In this document: positions 1-9,334 of the stretch, piece by piece | How the letters are laid out: each line of letters begins with the position of its first letter | How positions within the stretch are numbered: the first letter of the stretch is position 1 | NCBI GenBank assembly: GCA_963678065.2 | Contig: CAXXVZ010000005.1 | Location: 768,001 to 832,000, forward strand | Length of the DNA: 64,000 nt | Origin: Treponemataceae bacterium | GTDB lineage: Bacteria; Spirochaetota; Spirochaetia; Treponematales; Rectinemataceae | Direction of reading: 5' to 3' | Position numbers and translations under genes: made by a program | The notes under the pieces: generated by a model | The model's database searches: none | Seen by the model: only the letters and a program-made list of their open reading frames with translations | Told to the model about the DNA's origin: nothing

Positions 1-8
1 CCCCAAAA

Positions 9-1001
9 TCATCTCTTTCTTTTCTTTACTTCCACCACATAATTTTCTACTGCTTCTCGCGTCGTCATCCAATTCCTTTCAAATTTCACCGCAGGCAATC
101 GTCCCTTCCTCGCAAGTAGCGATAAATACTCAAGAGAATACTCACAATACTTTGTGGCTTCCTTGAGGCTTATATACCCTTGATGTTCTACATTATTGAT
201 TGGTTTCAGACTGTTCAAATACACTATCAATGAACGTTCTATTGATTTCCCGATAAAATCTACAAACTCTTGAGGTTTATCAAGATCGGCTTGTCGTAAC
301 ACTCTATAATATTTTTTCCTATCCAGATTCAAAATCACCGCAGGAGGATATCCATGCTGCATGAGTACCAAATTCATTAATAACCGAGCTGTTCTACCAT
401 TCCCATCGATAAATGGATGAATACACACAAATTTATAATGAACATAGGCTGCCAATTCTGGAACAGGTATCGAATATTGATGTTCGTAATACCATGCCAG
501 AAATTCCTGTATCAAAGCAGGTATTTTCAATGGATTCGGAGGAATGTGTACTGCTCCGAGTATCCTGACAGCGGTTGTTCGATATACTCCAGCTTGGAAA
601 TCATCAATACTCTTTAATATAAAAGAGTGAAGCTTTTTTATGAACAACTCATCAAGATTTCGCTTTTTGTCAATAAACGTTTCAAGGTATTCGATTCCAG
701 CCTTGTGGTTGATAGCTTCAAAATGCTCTTTAAGCGATTTATTCCCAATGGTCAAACCGCGGTTCAGAACAAGCTCAGTCTCCTGTAAGGATAAAGTGTT
801 CCCCTCGAGTGCATTCGAGTTATATGTCCATTCTACAATGAATTGCTCTTTCAATCGCTGGATAATGGCAGGAGGAAGTGGACGAAGGTGATCCAACTCG
901 CGCTTTTTGCCCTCGATACTGGCTTCGAGAGTCGGATTCATTGACACAATCATATCGGATTCCATACATTCGAGTATAACCGATACAATGCCATCATGCA
1001 A
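9..1001 (-). CDS. Fic family AMPylase with C-terminal HTH-like region
   Basis: Motif HPFIDGNGRTAR and N-terminal TYNSNALEGNTL. Start codon uncertain. Confidence 0.9.
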   Translation of the reverse strand: MHDGIVSVILECMESDMIVSMNPTLEASIEGKKRELDHLRPLPPAIIQRLKEQFIVEWTYNSNALEGNTLSLQETELVLNRGLTIGNKSLKEHFEAINHKAGIEYLETFIDKKRNLDELFIKKLHSFILKSIDDFQAGVYRTTAVRILGAVHIPPNPLKIPALIQEFLAWYYEHQYSIPVPELAAYVHYKFVCIHPFIDGNGRTARLLMNLVLMQHGYPPAVILNLDRKKYYRVLRQADLDKPQEFVDFIGKSIERSLIVYLNSLKPINNVEHQGYISLKEATKYCEYSLEYLSLLARKGRLPAVKFERNWMTTREAVENYVVEVKKRKR

Positions 1002-1151
1002 TCTTGATTTTGGGGATTGCGACTAACGTTCTGCCTGTTTGCGACGATGGCGTGAGCATCGGCGAACGCCATTGTGCCTGAGCGGAATGAGCAAAGCGAG
1101 TGCAGCGATGGCCGAAGAGGGAGCTTGCGACCGATGAGCGTGAACAGCGCT

Positions 1152-1285
1152 GTTAGTTGCAGTCGTGACCTTCGAGCGCGCTTGGATGGGGAGACTTGTC
1201 TCTCCATCCAATACTCTATCTTGCGCGCGTTCTTCTCTTCTTCTTCTCTTACCCTTATTTTTTTTCTTTCACGATTGCAACTAAC
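1152..1285. other. ORF-less hairpin cassette (HC) copy 1
   Basis: GCGCGC-TTGGATGGGGAGAC-TT-GTCTCTCCATCCAA-11nt-GCGCGC followed by a pyrimidine tract, between two attC sites. Confidence 0.9.
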
Positions 1286-1503
1286 GTTCGCCTGCCTACG
1301 ACGTTGGCGAGCATCGGCGAGCCACAATGTGCCTGAGCGGAACGAGCGCATGCGAGTGCAGCGATGGCCGAAGAAGGAGCCGCAGGCGACTGATGAGCGT
1401 GGGCAGTGCTGTTAGTTGCTTTTATGACACGTCTTCATCTTCCCATTTTTACCATTTTCTCTTTCTTCATGTTCTATTACCAAATTCTTATCTTCACTAC
1501 CTT

Positions 1504-1534
1504 TTGACTTTTTCTTCATTATAGTATATACTAT
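1504..1534 (+). promoter_or_regulatory. sigma70-like promoter and palindromic operator of the inverted vapBC cassette
   Basis: TTGACT(1504)-17bp-TATACT(1527), with palindrome ATAGTATATACTAT at 1521-1534. Confidence 0.65.
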
Positions 1535-1557
1535 TATATATACTATTGGAGGATGCC

Positions 1558-1788
1558 ATGAATACTGCCAAAATATTTATTAATGGAAGCAGCCAAGCTG
1601 TGCGATTACCAAAAGAATGCAGATTTGATACTGATGATGTCTATGTCAGAAAATTGGATGATATCGTCATTCTTTTGCCAAAAAAGAATCCCTGGGCCTC
1701 TCTTATCAAAAGTCTTGATCATTTTTCTCCCGATTTCTTGAATACTCGTGATCAACCTTCATCTACTCAAGAAAGGGAGATATTCTGA
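1558..1788 (+). CDS. vapB: AbrB/MazE-type VapB antitoxin
   Basis: TAKIFINGSSQAVRLPKECRF motif, GGAGG RBS, overlaps the toxin start. Confidence 0.9.
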   Translation: MNTAKIFINGSSQAVRLPKECRFDTDDVYVRKLDDIVILLPKKNPWASLIKSLDHFSPDFLNTRDQPSSTQEREIF

Positions 1789-2207
1789 TGCTCTATATGC
1801 TGGATACAAATATCTGCATCTATATCATCAAACGAAAGCCTCAGTCAGTTATTGATACGTTTCTAAAACTCACCATTGAAGATGTGTGTATTTCATCAAT
1901 CACCTATGCAGAATTGGAGCATGGAGTATCAAAAAGCGATTTCCCAAAACAGAACAAAATTGCATTGATACAGTTTCTTTCTCCCATTACAATTTTGCCA
2001 TTTGCTGACAGAGCAGCATCAGTATATGGAGATGTACGTTCAAAACTAGAAAAAGCAGGAACACCCATTGGCCCTTTGGATACATTGATTGCGGCACATG
2101 CAGTATCAGAAAACCTGATCCTGGTAACAAACAATACGAAGGAATTTGAACGAGTAGACTATCTGCAGCTTGAGAATTGGGTTTCTTCTCCTCTCTCCGC
2201 GTCATAA
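1788..2207 (+). CDS. vapC: PIN-domain VapC toxin
   Basis: YMLDTNICI...DTLIAAHA...LVTNN. Confidence 0.93.
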   Translation: MLYMLDTNICIYIIKRKPQSVIDTFLKLTIEDVCISSITYAELEHGVSKSDFPKQNKIALIQFLSPITILPFADRAASVYGDVRSKLEKAGTPIGPLDTLIAAHAVSENLILVTNNTKEFERVDYLQLENWVSSPLSAS

Positions 2208-2384
2208 TTGCAACTAACGTTCGCCTGCCTACGACGTTGTGGCGAGCATCGGCGAGCCACAATGTGCCTGAATGGAACGAGCGCAAGCGAGTGGAATGAA
2301 GGCCGAAGAAGGAGCCGAAGGCGACTGATGAGCGTGGGCAGTGCTGTTAGCCGCTGGGCGGATTTTTTCTCCCTACCCCTTCCC

Positions 2385-3020
2385 TTACTCTTTCTTCATT
2401 ACTATTTCCCATACTACTTTTTCTTTTTCATATCGTTTTAATTCTTCCTCACTAATGCTCACTACATTCCAATCAGTTCCAAACAATTCAATAATCTGTT
2501 CTTTCTCAAAAAACCTCTTATTCTCTCCATTGTTTTCATAATAATTTCTCTCTATCTCTCTTCCTTTCCTTGATCCATGATTCACATCATTGATCGAATT
2601 CACTCTACAAAAGAAATATCCTCCATGTTTCAAAACCCTATAAATATCTTTGAGTACTTTTTTTGTTGTTGCCCAATCAAAATAATGGATGGATAAATCT
2701 GCAAGTACCGCATAGGTATAATTATTTGAAAATGGTAATCCATCCCTCATATCAAATAGTCGTGTTTCTACTCCAGGAAATGTATGTTTTATACATTCAA
2801 TTGCAGCAGAAGAATAATCACACGCTATGAGAGAGAAGCCTCTTTCCAGCAGATACTTTGTATTATTCCCAGAACCACATCCAAGATCGATAACAGGATC
2901 ATGTTTCGCAGTATTAAGAAGACCGATATATGCCTCTAGCCAATCATCATACACAACTTCAGTATCGTGTAGACTCAAAAAGTACTCATTCCATTTGTCA
3001 TGTTGCTTATCCAAAAACAT
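2385..3020 (-). CDS. Class I SAM-dependent methyltransferase
   Basis: VIDLGCGSG motif I. Confidence 0.88.
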   Translation of the reverse strand: MFLDKQHDKWNEYFLSLHDTEVVYDDWLEAYIGLLNTAKHDPVIDLGCGSGNNTKYLLERGFSLIACDYSSAAIECIKHTFPGVETRLFDMRDGLPFSNNYTYAVLADLSIHYFDWATTKKVLKDIYRVLKHGGYFFCRVNSINDVNHGSRKGREIERNYYENNGENKRFFEKEQIIELFGTDWNVVSISEEELKRYEKEKVVWEIVMKKE

Positions 3021-3215
3021 CTCCTGATACTTTTTTTCTCAAAAAATCCGACTTGCGGCTAACGTTCGCCTGCCTACGACGTTGTGGCGAGCATCGGCGA
3101 GCCACAATGTGCCTGAGCGGAACGAGCGCATGCGAGTGCAGCGATGGCCGAAGAAGGAGCCGAAAGGCGACTGATGAGCGTGGGCAGTGCTGTTAGGCGC
3201 TGGGCAACAACATAA

Positions 3216-3800
3216 TCATTTGTACAAATGAAGCTTTATTTTATGTAGTAGATTTTTGCCTAAATAATACTTCTGTATTGAGTCAGTTATATCATTTTCG
3301 CTTAATATATACTGATTAGAAAATGGCTTATCCGTAAGCAACTCTTTAAAAGTAAAATGAAAATCTTTTAATTGTTTTGTATCATCCATTAATGCCTTGT
3401 TTTGTATATTGCAAGTTTTTAGGTAATCATCCAAATTGTTGATTTCAATAGAAGCAATTTTAAATATTTTTATAAGAAATCTTTTCTCCGATTCATTAAG
3501 ACTTCTGCCTTTTAATATATCGAAAAATGATATTATTTTTCGATATATTCCTATGATTGAATCAAGACCTAATTGTATAATCTCCACTTTTTTTGCGTGG
3601 CTAGATTCTTTCCCTACCAGCAATATTGTTAAGAAAAATCCAAATATGCAAGTAACCAGTATATTTATAACATCCATAAAGCTATAGTTAAAAAAACTAT
3701 TCGAAACTTGACCCCATTTGCTAGCTGTCACATATGCCATGACTCCAATCAAAATAACTAGAGAGACCATAATAAGAATCTTTTCCTTTCTGTTACTCAT
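3216..3800 (-). CDS. Hypothetical protein with two N-terminal TM helices
   Basis: Two hydrophobic segments in the first ~62 aa. Third gene of a coupled operon. Confidence 0.75.
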   Translation of the reverse strand: MSNRKEKILIMVSLVILIGVMAYVTASKWGQVSNSFFNYSFMDVINILVTCIFGFFLTILLVGKESSHAKKVEIIQLGLDSIIGIYRKIISFFDILKGRSLNESEKRFLIKIFKIASIEINNLDDYLKTCNIQNKALMDDTKQLKDFHFTFKELLTDKPFSNQYILSENDITDSIQKYYLGKNLLHKIKLHLYK

Positions 3801-3801
3801 T

Positions 3802-4116
3802 TTATTCTGCTCGTTTTATATAACTTAAGACTTCTTCTATCAGTAACGGATCTTCATCAGACACAAGATCAATTCTAGATAATATCTTATCACTTCCATA
3901 TCTTCTGGCCAAACCTCCAAATACTTCTTCCAAAAATGCAGTTGAATAGCCTTCCACCCCATCAAGATCTATAAGTATTTTCTCTATATTTACAGTATCC
4001 TCAAAAAGTGGAACAAGAAACGTGTCTCGAAATTCCTCCCCCGAGTATTCTCCATCTCTCGAAAATCTTGCACCCGGTGTTTGTGAAAAATCGCGAGCAA
4101 TACTAATTCGTTTCAT
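3802..4116 (-). CDS. STAS-like domain protein (DUF4325-like)
   Basis: PGARF..DGEYSGEEFR...IDLDGVEGYSTAFLEEVFGGL. Confidence 0.8.
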   Translation of the reverse strand: MKRISIARDFSQTPGARFSRDGEYSGEEFRDTFLVPLFEDTVNIEKILIDLDGVEGYSTAFLEEVFGGLARRYGSDKILSRIDLVSDEDPLLIEEVLSYIKRAE

Positions 4117-5104
4117 CGCAAAACTCCTTAACAAAGTCCCAACAAATTAGCGTACCATGAAATTCAGATTCAATATTTATCACAGTATCAGTATCAACTA
4201 TATACATTCCTTTACGAGATATCACATTCAAGTTTTTTACTAATCCTTGACCTACAAGGTTTTTTATTTTTGGTAAACCTTTCCCTCTATATGGAAGTTT
4301 TGTCTCACTTCTATTTTTTTCCGAGAATGCAGATTTTATTAAGCTTGCATCATCTCCGATAAAATAATCGGGGATTTTTTTTCTAACTGTCGCAGGTATT
4401 CCTCGACCATTATCTAGTAGAGCAAATTGTATTTTTTCGCATTCCTTTTTATACAAAGCCATTAACCACCATCGTTTGCTCTTCATGCCTTCATAAGCAT
4501 GTTCTCTTACATTATTCATTGCTTCCATAATTACAGCATATGTGGCTTTAGTCATCAAGTTTCTTTCAATTTTAAATTTTTCTCTTACATAAGCTAAGAC
4601 AGCACCAGCTTCTGATGAAACAATCATATCATTTGTCCTGATTGATAATACTTCTTCAGTATCATGGTGAGTGTAAGAGCTATTTACATATTTAAAAAAC
4701 CCTGAAGATAAGAATACTTTCTTACAATAATTATCCTTTGGACAATTTCCAGATAACTTGTTTTCTTTATTATTGTGAGAGGCACTATCCATACGTGACA
4801 ACAAATATAAAACAGAATCAGGTGTTATTCTTTCAATATTTAAAAGATTCGCGTATGTTCTTCTTCCATGCCAAGCAGAACTATCTACTTTGTTCAAAAA
4901 TGATATTGTTTCTTCATAGTTTTCAATAATACTGAATACTTTAGGCGCCAGATATTCTTCTCCGACATACTTTCTGAAATTGAAAGTATAATTCTTGCCA
5001 AATCCTGTGATGTGATTTGTTTTAGTTTGTAGCTGAAAAACTGCTTTCTTTGATCTTACTGCATTGAAAGCTTTAAACTTATCACTTTTGTATAATAACT
5101 TCAT
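4103..5104 (-). CDS. GHKL/HATPase-fold protein (anti-sigma kinase-like) with N-terminal STAS-like region
   Basis: N box EAMNNVREHAY, G1 DNGRGIP, G2 RGKGL. Confidence 0.75.
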   Translation of the reverse strand: MKLLYKSDKFKAFNAVRSKKAVFQLQTKTNHITGFGKNYTFNFRKYVGEEYLAPKVFSIIENYEETISFLNKVDSSAWHGRRTYANLLNIERITPDSVLYLLSRMDSASHNNKENKLSGNCPKDNYCKKVFLSSGFFKYVNSSYTHHDTEEVLSIRTNDMIVSSEAGAVLAYVREKFKIERNLMTKATYAVIMEAMNNVREHAYEGMKSKRWWLMALYKKECEKIQFALLDNGRGIPATVRKKIPDYFIGDDASLIKSAFSEKNRSETKLPYRGKGLPKIKNLVGQGLVKNLNVISRKGMYIVDTDTVINIESEFHGTLICWDFVKEFCDETN

Positions 5105-5493
5105 TTTACCAACTTGTATGTTGTTGCCTTGCGCCTAACGTTTTGTGCCTCTGACGTGTGCGACCGCACAGGCGGACGCACATGTGCCTGAGCGGAATGA
5201 GCGCAAGCGAGTGAAGCGATGGCCGAAGAGCCCTGAAAGGGCGATGAGCAGGGGCACGGTGTTAGGCGACGTGTTGTTTTGCGTCTTTTTTGGTAAACTT
5301 TTGTGTGATCTTCATTTCTTTGTTGAGTCGTATATTCTCATAGATTGATAATTTCATCATCCGGTATTCATCTTTTACTATGATATTTGTGATTAACATT
5401 GGCTTAAGCTGGGAGCATCCACCGCGAAGCGGTTGGCGCACTTTTTGCGTGATCTTTTCGCAAAAAGTGTGACAAAGAAGCGACTCAGCTTGA

Positions 5494-7412
5494 GTCGAGT
5501 AGGCCGGGGGATTTTCACCCCCAGCCTCTCACGGAACCGTACGTGATAGTCTCCCATCATACGGCTCTTCACACTTTACCATTGGCATACCATCCGTGCT
5601 CCCAGTGAATGAACAAGTGCTTTTTGCTGTCAGCCGCATTCTTCATGAGTTCGGCGGCCTTCATCCAACTCCTCTTCAGGCGCTTGTATGTGCACTTTGC
5701 CCATTTTACGAGGATTTTCTGGAACATGCAAAAGATACCGTACAATGCCGATGGCCGAAATCTGCCATAATAGGCAAACCATCCTGCAAGCTTCGAGTTG
5801 TATAGCTTCGACAAACTTTCGAGGGTCGCTGTCGCCGCCCTCTGGATTCGCCACGTCCGAATAGTGTCCTTGATCGCCTGCTCGGATGTTTTGCTGATCG
5901 CCGGGGTGAAAGCCACAAAGAGCTTCCCATTCTTCCCCCTCGCCGTGCGCGGCCTGAAGGTGAAGCCGAGAAAGTCAAACGTGGTCCTTTCATATACTCC
6001 CCTGCGGTTCCTATCCTGGCAATACACGATTTTCGTCTTCTCCGGATGTACTGTCAGCTTGCACTCGGCCAAACGCAGTTTGATCTCTTCCAGGAGATTT
6101 TCAGCCTCCGCCTGTGTCCGGCAGTGGATGACGATGTCGTCAGCATAGCGCTCGAAGGGGTTCCCCCCGTGTCTCCGTTCCATCCACGTGTCAAAGGCGT
6201 ACTGCAGAAACAGGTTTGCCAGGAGCGGGCTTATCACCCCGCCCTGTGGCGTTCCCGTATCCCTCTCAAAGATCATTCCCTTGTCGTCTTCTGCCGGGGC
6301 TTTGAGCCATCGCTCGATGTATAACTGAACCCACTCAGGCGGCTTGTGAAACTCCACCGCCTTCATCATGAGTTCCCAATCGATGGCGTCAAAGAACCCC
6401 TTGATGTCCAGATCGATCACCCAGTCATATTTCCAGCACCGTTCCCGTGCTTTCGCCACGGCGTGATGGGCCGATTTCCCAGGACGATACCCAAAGGAAT
6501 CATCATGAAACATCGGCTCCACCATGGGCTCAAAACACAACCGCACGGTCATCTGCGCGATTCGATCCGCAACAGTCGGTATTCCCAACGGTCGCGTTCC
6601 TCCGCTCTTCTTCGGAATCTCCACCCTCCGCACCGACTGTGGATGGTAGCTGCCAGAGGACATCCGATTCCAGAGCTTGTAGAGATTCTTCGAGAGATTC
6701 CCGTCAAACTTCTCAAGCGTCTGTCCATCGATCCCCGCCGCCCCATCGTTCGCCCGTACACGCTGGTATGCCTTCCATACGAGTCGCTTCGGTATGTCAA
6801 ACGGTTTTGCCTTTCCCATCCGTTCATCCTGTCGCCAGTTGGCGTTCAGAAAAGACACGAGTATGTCGGCCCCTTCGCTCCATTCCCGTTACAGGAACTT
6901 CATCACTACTACGAGCCGGCGCCATCCTGGCGACGTCCCTGTGCTCCGCATCGGTACTCTCCCTCTCGTCGGGTTCGCCGCTTGAGGTTCTCCCTTCACA
7001 TCGGAACGACAGGTTCCCACGTTCCATACAACAGCCCAGTATCAATTCACGCCGCCTTAATGCCGGAGGCCGTCCACCCAGTACACAGGTTTCCCGATGG
7101 ACTCTTTTCACAGCGCACTAGCTAATCACTGCTTTTGACCTCATCAAACTCACTTTCGACACCTCATCGGTCGGTTCACTTTCGTTCGCCTCCTGATACC
7201 ACACCTGACCCCGTCATGCGGGGGCCTTTTAACCAGATACGTTCACCACCGGGACTCTTTATCCAAGCAGCTTCTGGCGGTTTGAGACCGGCTCCTGCAA
7301 GCAGATCCCGAGGCTCACACCAGCTACCCCGGTGTTTCCTCATCTGTCGTACAGCTCTTATGACACCTCCTGAATCACTATTCAAAAGTGCCCATCAGAT
7401 TTCGTGGCACAC
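5494..7412 (-). mobile_element. Group II intron, RmInt1-like (bacterial class D, IIB)
   Basis: 5' end GTGTG at 7412. Domain V GAGCCGTATGATGGGAGACTATCACGTACGGTTC. Domain VI ends CCTACTCGAC at 5494. Internal RT ORF. Confidence 0.9.
5569..6819 (-). CDS. ltrA: Group II intron reverse transcriptase/maturase, no endonuclease domain
   Basis: RPLGIPTVADR, GTPQGGVISPLLAN, RYADD. N-terminal KPFDIPKRLVW/LYKLWNRMSSGSY resembles RmInt1-type proteins. Confidence 0.93.
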   Translation of the reverse strand: MGKAKPFDIPKRLVWKAYQRVRANDGAAGIDGQTLEKFDGNLSKNLYKLWNRMSSGSYHPQSVRRVEIPKKSGGTRPLGIPTVADRIAQMTVRLCFEPMVEPMFHDDSFGYRPGKSAHHAVAKARERCWKYDWVIDLDIKGFFDAIDWELMMKAVEFHKPPEWVQLYIERWLKAPAEDDKGMIFERDTGTPQGGVISPLLANLFLQYAFDTWMERRHGGNPFERYADDIVIHCRTQAEAENLLEEIKLRLAECKLTVHPEKTKIVYCQDRNRRGVYERTTFDFLGFTFRPRTARGKNGKLFVAFTPAISKTSEQAIKDTIRTWRIQRAATATLESLSKLYNSKLAGWFAYYGRFRPSALYGIFCMFQKILVKWAKCTYKRLKRSWMKAAELMKNAADSKKHLFIHWEHGWYANGKV

Positions 7413-7439
7413 AGCAGTTGTTAGGTGCTTCCGTTTTAT

Positions 7440-7823
7440 CTATACTTCACTTTTTATTTTAAAAATTAGTTTTTCAATACTAGTATCCTTCTTAAAAAAA
7501 CTAATAATTGATTGTATTCCTGAAATAACAAACCATCCTCCAAATATTATTGTTAATATAATAAATATTGAATAAACATTTTCCTTCGATAATCCAAATA
7601 TACTTTTAAATTCTGCTGTAAAAAATGACTGAAAAAATGAAACAAAAAATCCAAGTGGTATACTCCAATTGCGACTAGCATTTATTTTATTCTTGAAATC
7701 GTTAAGTTTAAGCTTAAGTCGATCTTCGTTAATTTGAACTATTATTTGGTCAGTATTTGAAATAACTGTAGTATTTACTGATGCTATTATTTTGCCATTT
7801 TTCATCCCCATTTTATTCTCCAA
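7440..7823 (-). CDS. Hypothetical 2-TM membrane protein
   Basis: Two hydrophobic segments. Overlaps the upstream ORF. Confidence 0.7.
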   Translation of the reverse strand: MENKMGMKNGKIIASVNTTVISNTDQIIVQINEDRLKLKLNDFKNKINASRNWSIPLGFFVSFFQSFFTAEFKSIFGLSKENVYSIFIILTIIFGGWFVISGIQSIISFFKKDTSIEKLIFKIKSEV

Positions 7824-8142
7824 CCATCATTTGAATATCTAATTTGATAGTTGTACCGATTTTATATGTTGCCGGAAGCATGTAGACCTTTTTCCCTCTA
7901 AACGTTCCGAATTCAATCGGATCTGGTAAAGTAATGCCTAAATGACTATTCCAATTTTCAAATATTATTCTTGGATTTGGTTTATCTGGTACTATAGTCA
8001 TCTGCTGAATTTTTTCATTATTTACAAATTCAATTATTGCAGTAATTTTCCAATTATATATTTTAAAATCAATTTCAGCCTTTTGATTTTCAGGAATAAT
8101 TATACTTATAAACTGTATTACAGTCCATTTTCCAACTTTCAT
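7813..8142 (-). CDS. Hypothetical beta-rich protein (DUF6864-like)
   Basis: IIFENWNSHLG...PIEFG..GKKVY pattern, recognised from memory only. Confidence 0.6.
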   Translation of the reverse strand: MKVGKWTVIQFISIIIPENQKAEIDFKIYNWKITAIIEFVNNEKIQQMTIVPDKPNPRIIFENWNSHLGITLPDPIEFGTFRGKKVYMLPATYKIGTTIKLDIQMMVGE

Positions 8143-8587
8143 TCTAACTCCTTAAGTCAAACTTATTCAATATTTTCGGTTTATTAATGCACCTAACAGC
8201 ATTTATCTTGATACATATAAAATGATTTGTAGAATACTTTCTGAGATCGTACAATACGCGAAAGTTGTATGCAATCTGCCTTACAAGGATCGCGCAAAAC
8301 AATATGTCGCCTAACGTTCGCCTGCCTACGACGTTGTGGCGAGCATCGGCGAGCCACAATGTGCCTGAATGGAACGAGCGCATGCGAGTGCAATGAAGGC
8401 CGAAGAAGGAGCCACAGGCGACTGATGAGCGTGGGCAGTGCTGTTAGGCGACGTGTTGTTTTGCGTCTCCCCTTAAAAATCTATAAATTCTTTTTATCCA
8501 TTCTCTAATCATTACGATATAAAAAATAATATAATTTATTATGCAAAAACAATGGATTAATGTTAAAGAGTACTATCCATTATACGC

Positions 8588-9334
8588 TTAACCGGTGAAG
8601 CATACGATAATTGTAACAATAATATTGTACTCAAATAAAGCACTTAAAAGCATCTGATAATATCGTTTTATGGTCACCCTTGCTGTCATATAACTTTTTT
8701 CAAATGTATCACTAACAACTAAAAGAGCTGATACAACAATATTATACTTTTGAGCATAAAAGAAGAATGAAGAACATTCCATTTCTAGTCCTATTAGGTC
8801 TTTATCAAATACTTCATATTTCGGTTGTGCAGTAACACAGGGGACTGATACTGTTTTTCCTTCTAGATATTTTATATTCCTTTCACGTAGTTTTCGTTTT
8901 ATTAAGTTGCTTTGTTCTGAATCTGGAAAAACGTATTCAGTATCATGTAAAAAGTTTAGGACCCCTTCCAGTGCTTGTACTTTATTTGGAATAATAAAAT
9001 CGCCAACATCTAGTGATTTTTCTATGCCAAAAGCAGATCCAAAAAAAGTAATTTTCTTGACATTCCCATCATTTAGTACTGCCATTAAATCAATCATAGA
9101 TGCAGCACCATAAACTTGGAACAATAGTAAATATTCTATACCGTTATGTTTGGCAATTACTCTTTCAAAATGACTATATTCATGAAAAACGACTGTATCA
9201 AAATTTGAAAGTATACCATCAATGAATGAATGCTTCGATGAGCCAGCAAAAAGAAAACAATCTGAAGGTAAGGTATCTCTATCAAAAAAACTAACTGACC
9301 ACTTACCCATTTTCATCTCCCAAATAGCGTTCAA
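8588..9334 (-). CDS. Nucleoside phosphorylase-like protein (PNP/UDP family)
   Basis: FFGSAFGI...VGDFIIP, GLEMECSS, LLVVSD. Confidence 0.75.
   Translation of the reverse strand: MNAIWEMKMGKWSVSFFDRDTLPSDCFLFAGSSKHSFIDGILSNFDTVVFHEYSHFERVIAKHNGIEYLLLFQVYGAASMIDLMAVLNDGNVKKITFFGSAFGIEKSLDVGDFIIPNKVQALEGVLNFLHDTEYVFPDSEQSNLIKRKLRERNIKYLEGKTVSVPCVTAQPKYEVFDKDLIGLEMECSSFFFYAQKYNIVVSALLVVSDTFEKSYMTARVTIKRYYQMLLSALFEYNIIVTIIVCFTG

Larger units (their letters stand above)
5391..7426 (-). repeat. attC: Foreign-type attC (117 bp when reconstituted from 5391-5493 + 7413-7426), interrupted by the group II intron
   Basis: Minus strand ACCTAAC-AACTG-CTTCAAGCTG...CAGCTTAAGC-CAAT-GTTAATC with an extra-helical C. 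Unrelated in sequence to the resident family. Confidence 0.8.

Noticed and set aside
7108..7135. Assignment of EBS1 pairing with the 5' exon AACTGCT
   Set aside because: AGCAGT matches but appears to lie in a stem, and the loop candidate AGCTAGT pairs only partly. This cannot be settled without folding.
5494..7412. Classical IIC-attC intron
   Set aside because: Orientation, insertion point and RT N-terminal motifs do not fit class C.
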